A stretch of DNA of 64,000 nucleotides from the human T2T-CHM13v2.0 reference genome, Homo sapiens (GCF_009914755.1 NC_060947.1); one strand, 5' to 3'. Counted from the stretch's first letter, positions 25,623 to 56,213 are shown. The notes: generated from the letters alone by a model not told the origin. Translations and numbers: made by a program.

Positions 25623-25782
25623 GAGATACTTTTCTCTGCACTGTCTTTAAAGGTCACCCCTGGGTGCAGCTGTGTAGAGTCATATCCATGCTTGAAAGAA
25701 GAGCAAAAGAAAAGCAGAAAAATAAAAAGAAAAAATAATATGAGGCGAGAAAGCAATGAGGTATAAAAGAAAAGTACAATAG

Positions 25783-26085
25783 AGGCCGGGCATGGTAATC
25801 TCAGCACTTTGGGAGGCTGAGGCGGGCGGATCACGGGGTCAGGAGTTCGAGACCAGCCTGACCAACGTGGTGAAACTCCGTCTCTACTAAAAATACAAAA
25901 ATTAGCCAGGCGTGGTGTCACGCGCAGGTAATCCCAGCTACTCAGGAAGCTGAGGCAGGAGAATCGCTTGAACCAGGGAGGCGGAGGTTGTAGTGAGCCA
26001 AGATGGCGCCACTGCACTCTAGCCTGGGTGACAGAGTGAGACTCTGTCTCAAAAAACAAAACAAAACAAAAAAAACAAACAAAAC
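25783..26085 (+). mobile_element. Alu (AluSg-like)
   Basis: GGCCGGGC start, dimer, A-rich tail. Confidence 0.93.
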
Positions 26086-26129
26086 TAAATATATATATAT
26101 ATATATGGAAAGAAAGAGAGAAAGAAAAG

Positions 26130-28089
26130 TACAATAGAGAGAATCAACAAAATCAACCAAACCAAAAGTTGGTTTCTGAAAAGACTGACGAAACAGCCAA
26201 CGTTGGCAATACTGGTGAAGGGAGAAAGATGAAGAGCAGTGGACAGGAGGAGAGAGAGAGAGAACACAAAGGAACAATATTAAAAATTAACAAGCAGAAT
26301 ATGATTAGACATAAACAATAAACAAGATAATACCAAAAACAATTTCATACTGATATAAATTAATGCCTAGACAACGTAGAAATTTTGAAAGAGAAACATA
26401 TCCTGCCTAAACTAACTATAGAAGAAATAGAAAACTTGACTAGACTTAACAACGATTAAAGAAATTACTGTGGACTACTCGAGGGGGCAGGGAGGGGATA
26501 TGGGTTGAAAACCTATTTATTGGATACTATGCTCAAAACCTGGGTGATGGGATCCACACCCCAAACCTCAGCATCACACAATATTCCCATGTAACAAACC
26601 TGTATGTGTAACCATTCTATCTAAAAATAAAAGTTGACATTAAAAAAAATAGATCTTTAGTTCAAAAAAAAAAAAACAACGTCAAGAAAACTACCAGGAA
26701 CACGGGGAAAATTCCACTAAACATTCAAGGAGTAGATAATTAATTCCAAGTTCATACAAACTTCACCAAAGACCAAGATAAAAGCTTACACTCCCAAGTA
26801 TATTTTATGAGGATAATCTTGACTCTAAAATGAGGTAAGTATAATAGGAGAAAGGAAATTTATAATTCAAGCTAAATGCTAAATTAAATACTGCAGACTT
26901 AAGTGACGCACAGAAATGATAATAAACCAGAACAAGTTTGGTGTATCACAGCAGTGTAAAAATGCCTTAACATTAGAAAGGAATGTTAATGTAAATCATC
27001 CCATTAATGGAAAGAAACAAGATTGGGCTATCATTTTAATGGACAGGGTAAAATCATTTGATAAAATCCAGTGCCTGTTCACGGAACACACAAAAACAAA
27101 CCAAAACACAATTCTTGCCAAACTGGGAAAAAACAGATGGAAAACACATATCTACAAAATAATCTGCACCAACAGCTGTGCACACTGGTGAAGATTTACA
27201 TGGATTGTCCTTAAAAATCAAGAACAGGACAAGGTTGCTCAATATTGTCATTTCTGCTCAACAGTGGCGGTTCTAGCCAGTGCAATAAATAAAAGATATA
27301 ATGATTGGAATTAAAAACACCCAAACGATCATATCTATATAGACAATATATTATTTACCTGTATGGAAAAACCTGAGATAATCTACAAACTCTCAGCATT
27401 AATTACAGCTAAGAAGAAAATCAACTGTATTCCTACAAACCAGCAACAACCACTTAGAGGAAAAACAACTCTTCAATGAACACCAATTATAACTGCCACA
27501 AAATAGTAAGGTACATGGAAATAAGTCTAACAAAGATGCTTCAGACTTTAAATGAGAAAATTATCAAATGTTATCGAGAGCTATTAGTTCCAAATTAGGC
27601 AGATATAAAGCATGCTCATGGAAGAATCCCTATGATAAAGATGACGGTTTTCTCCACTTAACCTGTATATTTGACGTGATTCCAATAAAAAATCCAACAC
27701 AGCTTTCTACGGAACAATAGACTCTATGACTCTAGAATGCATACTGAAGGACCAAGGGCGCTTAATATCCAAGAATATTAAAACAAAGTAGAGGGGATCA
27801 GAAGGGACATGGCTTACAAGATATCAAGTTTTAATAATTAAGATAGTTAAGATAGTTCACTTATATGACATCTAGGCCAATACAATTGATAGGATAGAGA
27901 GCCCATTAAATATAGGAAAACGTGGCATGAGAGGTTTGCCATTGAAGGTTAGCTGAAGAAAAGACAGGCTATTCAATATATAGTGCTGGATCCATTGGTT
28001 ATACCCATTTTTTAGAGAGGAGATTGCTATCTCACTCCATACACAATATAAATTCCAGAAATTAAAAAAAAAAAAAAGAAACCTTAGTG

Positions 28090-28090
<1 letters not shown>
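26130..28090 (+). mobile_element. Degenerate old L1M ORF2 with a nested L1PA-type 3' end (about 26465-26650)
   Basis: A-rich decayed ORF2 motifs (e.g. KSFDKIQ); nested 3' UTR 'ccccaaacctcagcatcacacaatattcccatgtaacaaacctg'. Confidence 0.65.
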
Positions 28091-31442
<3,352 letters not shown>

Positions 31443-31509
31443 TGTTAGAACAATTACGAGAGTGCCTAAGTTTATGTCCTCAGAGCAGGAAAGACTTTTT
31501 CGCAAAATT

Positions 31510-32600
31510 AACCACAACCCATGAACACAGGACATCTTTCCACTTATTTATGTCTTCTTTAATTTCTTCAAGCAGTGTTGTAGTTCTCAAGGTAAATGTC
31601 TTGATTACGTCTACTCCTGAGTATTCTATTCTTTTCGTGCTATTGTAAATGTAATTATTTTCTTAATTATTCTTGGACTGTTGATTGTCAGTGTACACAA
31701 ATGCAACTGGTTATGGTGTGTTGATTTTCTATCTTGCAACTTTGACAAATTCATTTATTAGCCCTAACAGCTTTTTTTGTGGAATCTCTAGGGTTTTCTA
31801 CATAGAAGATCATGTCGTCTGTGACAGGGGATAACTTCTTCTTTTCCATCTTAGATGCCTTCTATTTCTTACTCTTGCCTAATTACTCTGTCTAGAGCTT
31901 TCAATAGTATGTTGAGTTAGAAGTGACAAAAGCAGGCATCCTTGTCCTGTTCCCGATCTTAGGGGAAAACCTTTCAGTCTTTTCCATTGAGTATGACGTT
32001 AGCTATAGGTATTTCCATATATGGTTTATGTCACGCTAAGGAAGTATCCTTCTCTTCCTAATCTGTTGAGGGTTTTTATTATAAAACCATGTTGGATTTT
32101 GTTAGGTGCTTTTTCTGCATCAGTTGACATGGTGATGCGGTCTTTTATCATCAGTCTGTTAATATAGTGCATGGGTTTATTTTCATGTGTTGAATCATCT
32201 TTGCATTTCAGCAATTATTCCCATTCAGTCATGGGTGTGTAATCCTTTCAATATACTGCAAGGTTCTGCCTGCTAGCGTTTCATCTAGGATTCTGAACAT
32301 TGGTATTCATAAGGGATATTGCTTTGTAGCTTTCTTGTTGTGGCTTTGGCAGACTTTGGTATCATGGTAACTAACATTGGCCTTATGGAATGAGTTAGGA
32401 AGTGTTCCCTCTTCTTCAATTTTTTGGAAGAGATTTAGAAGGAATGGTGGTAATTCTTCTTTAAATGTTTGGTAGAATTCACCAATGAAGTCATCTGGCC
32501 CAAGACTTGACTTTGTTGGAAGGTTTTGATTACTGATAATTCCTATTACTGATAACTCCTTACTATAACTAGTAAGGAGACTGTATCTCATAAGAGATAT
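31510..32600 (-). mobile_element. Old L1M ORF2 fragment
   Basis: Antisense ORF2 RT-region peptides (e.g. [26 protein letters not shown]). Confidence 0.8.
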
Positions 32601-32744
32601 GTAGTCCTCAAGCAGTAGGCGATATATTCAAAGTTCTAAAAAAGGAGAAACCTGTCAAGCAGGAATTACATATCCAGCAAAACCATCCTTCAAAAATGAA
32701 GGGGAAAATTAACACATTCTCAGATTTAAAAATTACTGAAGGCT

Positions 32745-35700
32745 TTGGGGCAAAGATGGCTGACCAGATGCAGACAGGAAGAACTCCTCCCAATAAGAGA
32801 CCCGATCATCAAGAAGACCAGCACATTCCAAACAGATCTTTGGAAAGAAGGCATTGAAAATGGATGGAGGAAGGACACAGACCCTGAGCTGAAAGGGGAG
32901 GAAGCTGGGAACCCTGCATCAGGTTGCTGAGGACCAGGACTCATTTTGGGGCCTGAGTGACTCCTGGGGAAGGGGCGAGTAAAACAAGCATAGAGTGGCT
33001 CATTCTCGCCATGGACCTCTGGAATCCAAGCTGCAGGAGACCCCATGACCCCCACAGACATTTGAGATTGCAGGGAGAATTGCCGGGAGAGCTGGCAGAG
33101 ATAGAAATCTTGCCTGCATGGAGTCCAGAGGGTTTAGCATGGGAAAAGCTGCACTGAAGCATGGCCATGGGCACCCAACCCCAAGCCTCACCACACTCCT
33201 CTCTGTGGCTTTAGTGTTTGCTGGCTGCTGGACCTGGACGCAGCAGGGCAATCTTGGCCATGGGATAGGGTCAGTCTGATCTGAGTGTCCCGCTGTCTGC
33301 TGGCCTATCCCAGCGTCCCTGCCTGGCCACATCCGCTTGCAGCGCAGCCTCAGCTTCCCAGATGAGGCATTTGCCAGCAGCCACCACCATAGCTCTTTCA
33401 CTGGCAGACGCTGCCTAGCAGTTGGGGATCTTCTGCAGGTGGTCCCCTGCAGACAAGTGCACCCTCCCGCAGCCCTCCTCCACCGATGCACTCTCACTCA
33501 TAGCCTTCCTGCACTGCTTCGCTGGTGAGCCCATGCATTTGGGGGCCCTTGCTGCCCTACCGCTGCCCCACGGAAGTACTTTGGCCGGAACATCCCATCA
33601 GAGTGCTGTTGCCAGCGGAATGGGAACACCTCAGCCCCTCCAGAAGAGCAGGCAGTAAACCTTCAGAGTCCAGAAAAAAAAAAAAAAACAAAAACAAACA
33701 AACAAAAAAAACCATGGACACGTCCCAGCCCCCAGGGGTAGAGCATGCAGCCCAGGAGCGCTGAGCTGTGTCTTGGTTCCCCAAAATCATCCAGAAATGA
33801 AGCCAATTGACTAAATTGACTTATACCACATCAAAACCTCAAGTTCATCAAAGAATGTAAAAGCAAAAAGGCCCATCCACAGGACAGCAACCTCAAACAT
33901 TAAAGGAACGTCAGCCCACACAGATGAGGAAGAACCAGCCCAAGAACTCTGTTAATGCTAAAAGCCAGAGTGTCTTCTTGTCTCCAAATGGCCACACTAG
34001 CTCTGCAGTAATGGTTCTTAACCAGACCTATGTGGCTGAAATGATAGACATAAAATTTAGAATCTGGATGGCAACAAAGATCATTGAGATTCACGAGAAA
34101 GTTGACATGGCAGCCAAGGAATATAAGGAATCCAATAAAACAATACAAGAGGTGAAAGATTAAATGGCCATTTTAAGAAAGAACCAAACTGACCTGCTTG
34201 AGCTAAAAAACTCACTACAAGAATTTCATAATACAATCAGAAGTATTAACAGCAGGCTAGAACAACCTGAGGAAATAATCTCAGATCCTGATGTCCAGTT
34301 GTTTGAATCAGATCAATCAGACTAAAACAAGGAAAAAAAGAATTAACAAAAATGAACAAAACCTCCAAGAAATATGAGATTATGTGAAGAGACCAAACCT
34401 ATGACTCATTGGTGTCCCACAAAGAGAGGGAGAGAGCAAGCAACTTGGAAAACATATTTGAGGATATTGCCCACAGACATTTCCCCAACCTCGCTAGACA
34501 GGTAGAGAGGCAAATTCAGGAGAGTCAGATAACCCCAGTGAGATGCTACAGAAGATGACCATCCCCAAGATGCATAGTCATAAGATTCTCCAAGGTCAAG
34601 GTGAAAGGAAAACCACTAAAAGCAGCCAGAGAGAAGGGGCAGGTCACATACAAAGGGAACCCCATCAGGCTAACAGCAAACCTTTCAGCAGAACTCTTAC
34701 AAGTCAGAAGAGATTGGGAGCCAATAGTCAGCATCCTTAAAGAAAAGAAATTCCAACTGGGAATTTCATATCTAACCAAACTAGGCTTCATAAGAAAAGC
34801 AGAAATAAAATCCTTTTCAGACAAGCAAATGCTAAGGGAACTCATTGCCCCCAGATCTGCATTACCAGAGGTCCTTAAGGGAGCGCTAAACATGGAAACA
34901 AAAGGTCGTTGCCTGTCACCACAGAAACACACTTAAGTACACAGCCCACTGACACTACCAAGCAACTATATAATCACGTCTACATAACAACCAGCTAACG
35001 GCACAGTGACAGGATCAAATCCTCACATATCAATATTAACCTTGAATGTAAATGGGCTAAACGCCCCCACTTAAAAGGCAGAGAGTGGCAAGTTGGATAA
35101 AGAAGCAAGACCCAACTGCATGCCGTCTTTAAGAGACCCATCTCACATGCAATGACACCCATCATAGGCTCAAAGTAAAGGGATGGAGAAAGATCTATCA
35201 AGCAAATGGAAAACAGAAAAGAGCAGAGGTTGCTGTTCTTATTTCAGACGAAACAGACTTTAAACCCACAATGATCAGAAAGGACAAAGAAGGGCACTGC
35301 ATAATGATAAAGGGTTCAATTCAACAAGAAGACTTAACTATCCTTAATATATATGCACCCAACACTGGAGCACGCAGATTCACAAAACAATCACTTAGAG
35401 ACCTACAAAGAAACTTAAATAACCACACAATCATAGTGGGAGGCTTCAACACCCCACTGACAGTGCTAGATCACTGGGGCAGAAAACTAACAAAGATATT
35501 CGGGACATAAACTCAACACTTGACAGAATTGACCTAACAGATATCCACAGAACATCGCACGAAACAACAACACAATATACATTCTTCTCATCTGCACAGG
35601 GCACATACTCTAAGGTCGACCACATGCTCAGCCATAAAGCAATTCTCAAAAAATTCAGAAACAAACCCGGAATCATACCAGCCACACTCTCAGACCGCAG

Positions 35701-37180
35701 TGCAATAAAAATAGACATCTGTAGCAGGAAGATCTCTCAGAGGCAAACAATTATATATAGATCTTTCAAAACCAATCAATTATATTATAAGGTCGACTAC
35801 ATGTTTGGCCGTAAAGCAATTCTCAAAAAATTCAAAAACAAACCTGAAATCATTACCAGCCACACTCTCGGACCACAGTGCAATGAAAATAGAGATTAAT
35901 ACCAAGAAGATGTCTCAAAACCAAACAATTGTATGGAAATTAAACAACCTGCTCCTGAATGACTTTTGAGTAAAGAGCAAAATTTGGGCAGAATTCAAAA
36001 AAATTCTTTGAAGCTATTGAAAACAAAGGTACAACATACCAGAATCTCTGGGGGCACAGCTAAAACAGTGTTAAGAGGAAAGTTTATGGTGCTAAGTGCC
36101 TACATGGAAAAAGTCAGACAGATCTCACATTAGCAATCTAACATCGCACCTAGAGGAACTAGAGAAACAAGAGCAAAGTGACCCCAGAGCTAGCAGAAGA
36201 AAAGAAATAACAAATATTAGAGCTGAACTGAAAGAAGTTGAGATGTGAACCACCCTACAAAAGGTCAAAGAAACCAAAGGAACCAAAGGTCCTTTGAAAA
36301 AATAAATAAGCTCGACAAACTGCTAGCTAGACAAACAAGGAAAAGAAAGAAAGAGAGAGAAGGCCCAAATAAACACCATCAGAAATGACAAAGGTGACAT
36401 TACTGCGGACCCCACAGAAATGCAGCAACAACAACAAAAATCCTCAGCGACTATTATGAACACCTGTATGCACATAATCTAGAAAACCCAGAGGAAATCG
36501 ATAAATTCCTGGGAGCATACAACCTCCCAAGATTGAACCAGGATGAAACTGAATCCCTGGACAGACCAATAACGAGTTTCAAACTTGAATCAGTAATAAA
36601 AAAGACCTACCAACCAAAGGCCTGGACCAGACGGATTCACAGTCCAATTCTATCAGACACAGAAAGAAGAGCTGTAACCAATCCCTAATGAAACTATTCC
36701 AAAAATTTGAGGAACTGGGACTCCTCTCTAACTCATTGTACGAGGCCAGCATCATTCTGATTCCCAAACCTGACGGAGACACAGTGAAAATACAACACTT
36801 CAGGCCAATATTCCTGATGAACCTAGATGCAAAAATCCTCACCAAAATACCAGCAAATTGATTCCAGCAGTACATCAAAAAACTAATCCATCACGATCAA
36901 GTAGGCCCTACTCCTGGGATGCAAGGTTGGTTCAACATGTGCAAATCAATAAATGTGATTCATCACATAAACGCAACTAAAAACGAAAACCACATATCAT
37001 CTCAATAGATGCAGAAGAGGTTTTCAACGAAATTCAACATCCCTTCATGTCAAAAACCCTCAACAAACTGGGCATCAGAGAAGCATACCTCAAAATAATA
37101 AGAGTCATCTAGGACAAACCCACAGCCAACATCCTACTCAAAGGCCAAAACCTGGAAGCATTCTCCCTGAGAACCAAAAC
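32745..37180 (+). mobile_element. L1PA13-16-like element: 5' UTR, ORF1 and the 5' half of ORF2; 3' part missing
   Basis: Starts 'ggggcaaagatggctgaccagatgcag'; ORF1 and ORF2-EN peptides; ends abruptly at 'gaagcattctccctgagaaccaaaaca'. Confidence 0.85.
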
Positions 37181-44982
<7,802 letters not shown>

Positions 44983-44983
<1 letters not shown>

Positions 44984-45119
44984 GAAGAAGAAAGAAGAAG
45001 AAGAAGAAGAAGAAGAAGAAGAAGAAGAAGAAGAAGAAGAAGAAGAAGAAGAAGAAGGAAGAAGAGGAAGAGGAAGAGGAAGAAGAAGAAGAAGAAGAAG
45101 AAGAAGAAGAAAGAAGAAG
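44983..45119. repeat. (GAA)n polypurine tract
   Basis: About 22 uninterrupted AAG units (44992-45057), then a GAG/GAA mix. Confidence 0.97.
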
Positions 45120-45169
45120 TAGTCATCATCGTCGTTGTTGTCATCATCTTCACTGGCCCCTTCCAATTA

Positions 45170-46850
45170 TGATGGATCTTAGACCACAGGCAACTGACCA
45201 GTGTGGGTGGTCCACAAATATGTCCCTATATGTATATCCGAGTTACACATTTGCAAGCCAGTAAATGAATTCCAATTAGGTCTGCAGAAACTGCGAACTC
45301 ACTAGTAGATCTTGGTCAGAACTCTATTTACTACCTGGCCCGCACATGCCCCCTTTCTAACAGGGTGCCACAATGACTTTTGGGGTATCAGTGTCATCTC
45401 CTACTCCATGCTTGACATTTCTCAAGATACCTGGGCATTTTCCTTTCCACAGTTCATGGTGACGTGAATCAACGGATGGATGCCTCTTGAGGGGAGGTCT
45501 GGGTGAATCATTACTGTGTCCACAGGCTGTGGTGCTGCACAGACCTTCTCTGCCTGGGTACCCAACCTCCTTTTCAGTCAAAAAGTTCCAGATGTAAAAA
45601 ATTGATTCAGGTCCAGGAATTGAACAAAGGATCCCGAGTTTCCTGTGGCAGGGGTTGGAAGGGCTGCGAAACTCTTCAGTATACCTGTCATCAGTCTTGA
45701 TTTCTTCTGATGGCACATGTTGAGAAGTACTCTGTTTTACTCAGGAGTAAGGTGGCAACACATTCTGTTAACGATTTCCATAGCTCTCTGTTGTCAGGTT
45801 TCCTTGGGGCTCATTACAGTAATTCAATCCACCTGGCTGCTGACAGTCAAATGCTGACACCTGCCTTCTATAGTTTCAGGGTCTTGTCATCTCCATTTCT
45901 ATCTGTGCGCCTACTTCTGTACTTTCTTCTCTTACTGTGATTTAACCCTAGTTATGGCCTATGGCAAGGGGATGTTTGGGAGGTACATCCTGAGGGGATG
46001 ATATGTTGACTTGAGAGAGAAACCTGTGCATTTTCTTCACGCAAGAAGAAATGCTAGCTCATGATAAGAAGGAGTAGCTCACTTCTGCAGTTCAAGAGAT
46101 TCCTCAGATTTGTGGAAATTCAGGTTTCTAGAGGTCTCATTCCAAACTACATTATGGGTCTCAATTTTGCCCAGTGCGAGCCATGAACCTGGAGAAACGG
46201 TCCTACTTTGGGTGGAAATTTAACCTTCTTTGGAGGTTTACTTCTATGATTATTAAATCACAAGCTTTCTCTGCCATCCTGTGCCAGGAGTTGAAAGTCT
46301 CCGTATAATCCCAAGGAAGCCCTGTGGCTTTCGCAGTCGGCTTTCAAGTGCATAATAATTTCTCTCTGATTTCTTTGTCTTCTTCTAGAGTGTCAGTTGA
46401 GCTTAGTAGTAGCCATAGAATCTTATTTATCCATTACAATCTCCACCATATTTTTCAAATGCTTGAAGCACTGCAACAGATAGTCTGTGTGACTGATTTT
46501 ATTGTGCAGGATGTTTATGTGAGAGTACATATGGGATGAGTACCTGTGGAGAGCACAGTCAGAACACAGAATTTGGAAAAGGAAGGAAATGAGCTACTAT
46601 GAGGTCTCATTACCCTCAGCCAGCTCCATGGGGTACTCTGAAGCTAAAAATGACCCTTGGGGTTTTCTTACGTTGATTAAAAATGTCTGATTTTATACTC
46701 CTGCCTCCACCAGTCACTGAATGTGGGCCACTGGAAAAACAAGGAGGCTCTCCGGAGCCAAGGTGCTCTCCAAGGAAGCTGGTAGCTGAAGGCTGTCTGT
46801 GGACAGCACTCCCAGCAGAGCGAGGAAAACATCCTAAAGGGGAATCTGAG
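45170..46850 (-). mobile_element. Decayed ERVL-class internal (gag-like) sequence plus an LTR16-like LTR fragment
   Basis: Minus-strand fragments AVLQAFEKYGG, WLLLSSTDTLEEDKE, LKADCESHRASL and LQRRLN resemble the ERVL gag N-terminus; many stops and frameshifts. Confidence 0.55.
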
Positions 46851-46851
46851 A

Positions 46852-47403
46852 GTGTTTTAAAATAGAGTGGATTAGTAGAACATTTGAAACAGATCAGGAA
46901 ATGACTGCCTTGGAGAGACAGATTGTTAGTCACAGTTCCGAAGAGAAGAAAGGATGCCCAGACATGGGAAATCTCATGGCGAAGCACCATGGTTGGTCCG
47001 GGCCAGAGGGAGACAGGAGAACTGCAAGCCAGAGCATTTGTTGTTGTCTCTGCCTCTGTGGGAAGGAACAGGCAAGGGAGAGTAACCAGTTTAGGATTGG
47101 CTAGTCTGAATAATTTAAGCAGCCTTGGGGCATAGGGGCTGTCCCTAGTTGCCTGGTACCTGGCCTTGGGGTGATTAGGGCAGGTGGATAGTGACCCAGG
47201 GTGTGAGAGCCCTATATAGGACATGGTTGGGAGGTATTGTATCCCCGTTGATTTGTTTGCATTTGAAAAGCACGCTCCAGGGCAAGGTGTTTACTATTTC
47301 TAAGAATTGCCTTACCAGGCCTGGGAGGAGCAAGCCTTCCAGGGTCAGCAAGGCCCAGGATGTCAAAGCATCACGACACAGAAAATAAAAGACATGCTTA
47401 ATA
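46852..47403 (-). mobile_element. ERVL solo LTR (MER74/MER54-like)
   Basis: 'tttaggattggctagtctgaataattt' core and LTR-like ends. Confidence 0.55.
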
Positions 47404-47982
47404 GATCTTTATGTCCACCACGGAGGGCATGTGACGCTAGAGATGACAAAGATGGTCTTTTCCAATTTATCTGTCTTTCTGGTGCCAGGCACAGGGCTTA
47501 GAGCATCATATGTGCTCCAGAAGCGTTTGTTAACTGGACATCGTGAACATCTGGTTCTGGGTTAGGCAGTGGAGAATAAACAGGAAATGATGACAGAATC
47601 CACCGCATATGGAAAATGTTCAACACATATTTGGTGAAAGAATGAATCTATGGATGAAGCCCAGGGACTCCTAGTCAACACATCTCAGAAGAATCATGGA
47701 AAAGCCAGAAACTGACAACCACCTTCTGTGCAGCTGTGGATCCCTCCTTTGTATTGCACTGAGTGAGTTTCAGGAGGCTCTGAGTAAGGTTAATGAGTAA
47801 GAGTGGCAGAGGATCTGAGAAAGCATATCTTCCAAATCAGAGGCAAACCAGGTCAGAATCAGGAATACAGGGATGACAGTCTGTCAGAGTTGGGGATTAC
47901 AGCAGGAATCACGCCCTAGAACCGATAGAGTTTTTGCTGATTCAGGACACAGTGGGGAGAAAGGCAGGTTACAAAATAACAA

Positions 47983-48625
47983 TCAAGGTGCCGAGTTTTG
48001 AGACATAGTATAACATTCTCCCCTTTTCAGTCCACCATTCTGTGCATTTTGACAAAAGCATGCAACCATGTGATCAACCCAAGAATGAAGATCTAGGACA
48101 TGTCCAAACCTCCATAAAGTGCCCTCATGCCCTTTTAAAGTTGATCTTCTATAGCCCAAGAGAACCACTGATTGATTTGTTCTCTCTCTAGTTTTCCCTT
48201 TTCTATAAAGCCAAAGAAATGGCATTGTATGTAGTCTTTTGAGTATGTCTTCTTTCACTTAGCATAATGTATTTTGAGAGTCATCCATTCTGTGGCACGC
48301 ATATTATGTTATCAGTACTTAGAACTGTCTTGTTGTCGAGTAGTCTTCCAGTGTAGGTACATACCACAATTTGTTTATCCATTCCCCAGTTGATGGGCAT
48401 TTGAGATGTTTCCAGTTTTTAGCAATTAAGAACGTTTTGCTGGAAGGTTTCCTGGGAAGAAGGATTTCACTTCTCTTGGGTAAATACCCTGGAGTGCGAT
48501 TGCTGTATAAGTGTACCTTTAACTTCATGCAAACCTGCCAAATTGTTTTTCAAAGTGTCTTGGCCATTTTATACTTCCATCGACAATGAGAGACAGTTCC
48601 TTTTGTTCTTTTTCCAGCACTTGAC
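47983..48625 (-). mobile_element. Old L1MB/MC 3' fragment
   Basis: Antisense 'NWKHLKCPSTGEWINKLWY'. Confidence 0.75.
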
Positions 48626-48626
48626 A

Positions 48627-50058
48627 GTGAAACAGCAAGGTACCGGTACAAAAACAGACATATAGACCAATGGAACAGAATAGAGATCTCATAAATAAGA
48701 CTGCACATCTACAGCCATCTGACCCTTGACAAACCTAACAGAAAGAAGCAATGTGGTAAGGATTCCCTATTTAATAAATGGTGCTTGGAGAACTGGCTAG
48801 CCATATGTAGTAAACTGAAACCAGACCCCTGTAGTAAACTGAAACCAGACCCCTTCCTTACACTTTATACCAAAATTAACTCAAGACGGATTAAACACTT
48901 AAATGTAAAACCCAAAACTATAAAAATCCTAGAAGAAAATCTAGGCAATACCATTCAGGACACAGGCACGGGCAAAGACTTCATGACAAAAACATCAAAA
49001 GCAATTGCAACAAAAGCAAAAATTGACAAAGGGGATCTAATGAAACTAAAGAGCTTCTGCAGAGCAAAAGAAACTATCATCAGAGTGAACAGACAACCTA
49101 CAGAGTGGGTGGAAATTTTTGCAGTCTATCCATCTGACAAAGGTCTAATATCCAGAATCTACAAGGAACTTAAACAAATTTACAAGAAAAAACAAACAAC
49201 CCCATTAAAAAGTGGGCAAAGAACATGAACAAACACTTTTCAAAAGAAGATATTTATGCGGCCAACAAACATATAAAAAAAAGCTCAACATCACTGATCA
49301 TTAGACAAATAAAAGTCAAAACCACTGTGAGGTACTATCTCACACCAGTCAGAATGGCGGTTTTTATAAAGTCACGAAACAAAAGATGCTGGCGAGGCTG
49401 TGGAGAAATAGGATTGCTTTTAAACTGTTGGTGGGAGTGTAAGTCAGCTCCACCATTGTGGAAGACAGTGTGGTGATTCCTCAAAGACCTAGAAACAGAA
49501 ATATCATTTGAACCAACAATCCCATTACTGGGTATATACCCAAAGGAATATAAATCATACCATTATAAATATATATGCATGCATATGTTCATTGCTGCCC
49601 TATTCACAATACCAAAGGCAATGAATCAACCCAAATGGCCTTCAATAATAGAATGGATACAGAAAATGCGGTACATATACACCACGGAATACTATGTAGC
49701 CACAAAAAGGAACAAGATCATTTCCTTTGCAGGGACATGGATGGAGCTGGAAACCATTATCCTCAGCAAACTAATGCAGGAACAGAAAACCAAACACCAC
49801 ATGTTCTCACTTAAAAGGGGTAGCTGAACATCGAGAACACATGGACACAGGGAGGGGAACAACACACAGTGGGGCCTGGTCGGGGGCACCGGGGGAGGGA
49901 GAACATCAGAATAAATAGCTAATGCATGCGGGGCTTAATTCCTAGGTGATGGGCTGATAGGTGCAGCAAACCACGACACACGTTTGTCTATATAACAAAC
50001 CTGCACGTCATGCACATGTATCCTGGAACTTAAAACAAAATGAAATAAAATTTAAAAA
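48627..50058 (+). mobile_element. 5'-truncated L1PA7-10-like 3' end
   Basis: ORF2 C-terminal peptides, 3' UTR and A-rich tail; 24-bp internal tandem duplication at 48806-48853. Confidence 0.9.
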
Positions 50059-50141
50059 CACCTGAAGATTTTTTTAAAAAAGAAAAAGTTTTAGGCCTAA
50101 AAATGACATTAACTTCATCAAAGTAGAAATCCAACAGGTCA

Positions 50142-54698
<4,557 letters not shown>

Positions 54699-54771
54699 AT
54701 TTTTAAAGCACTGTGAAGTGAAAGTAGAAATGTCAATGAAAGTGAAATTAACAATAAGTAGCCACATACAA

Positions 54772-55099
<328 letters not shown>

Positions 55100-55399
55100 T
55101 AAGATCAATGTAAATAACTATTGGATTAATAAAAAAAAAATTCAAATTAAGAATATTTTACAAAGTCACAATAATTTAGAGGAAGTCTTGTGACTGGAGT
55201 CAAGGGACTTGAATTTATCTAACTGCTTCTACCATTACTAGCTTAATGTTACAGAAAAACATCAATTCTGGCCTTGTCCACTACTATGCACTAAAACAGA
55301 AGCTATTGTTTCAGAAAAGTGCTCAAAACATAAAAATGTCTTCAAATATTCATAAAGTAATCACATTCTAAAAATAATTATACCATATGTTATGCCAGA

Positions 55400-56213
55400 G
55401 AAGTTGGTGACATTCCAAATAAAATTAAATCCAGAATTTCTCATGGAAAAAAAAAGAGTAGTATGAACAGTTCTTGCCTTCTTCTCATCTTATTAATTGT
55501 GATATGGAGTAGACATTTTTTCCCGTGACTTGGCAAATTTTGTTTCTCAGTTTTGAGTGTTGATCAGCTTCCACAACTTTATTCTTTGTTCTTTCTGTGT
55601 CATGAATATCTCCAAGGAATCCTGTAGTGTAAAGTTTTTTGCAAGTGTCACTTTCACTGGGATATCTTAATCCTTTCCATCAAAACCGTTTTGCAATTTC
55701 CACTTCCAGCATTATTTCTTGTCATTTGTTTGCATGTTTCTGTCTTTGTTGGCCAATTACCTTTTTAAACTATCCAGTTCTTTGGTAAAATGTCATATGA
55801 GTAGTTCACTGGGAGACAAGGAGGAAACTCAGCTTCATTCTTTGCTGTTGATGCATGAAATAAATAATAGATACTCAGTGACCAAACATGATTAGATTTT
55901 AAAAGAAAAGTGACATGACTGGTCACTGATCCTGATGCTCATCTATTATTTAAATAGTGATTTGTGGAGCGACACAAACAGAATTTGAAAGAAGTGACAT
56001 GACTGGCCACTGATCATGATTCTCATCTGTTATTTCAGTAGCGATTTGTGGACTGAAGAACCAGCAGCAATGTTTGGTCTTTATGTAGTTACTGACAGTT
56101 AGTTTACCATGGTAACTGAAATTTGACCCATACTGTGAAGGGACTAGTGTTATTTAACTAAATCACGGTGAATGACCTTAGTGCATATCAGAACTGTGCA
56201 AAGGGAGGACTGT
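55400..56213. mobile_element. Tigger-type (TcMar) DNA transposon relic with an internal ~85-bp duplication
   Basis: Terminal 'gaactgtgcaaagggaggactg' followed by TA; duplicated 'aagtgacatgactgg.cactgatc' at about 55907 and 55992. Confidence 0.5.

Noticed and set aside
25589-26277. 181-aa and 111-aa ORFs
   Set aside because: Antisense Alu and low-complexity translations.
48806-48853. 24-bp in-frame duplication (CSKLKPDP x2) in L1 ORF2
   Set aside because: Lies in a dead 5'-truncated L1; no functional implication.
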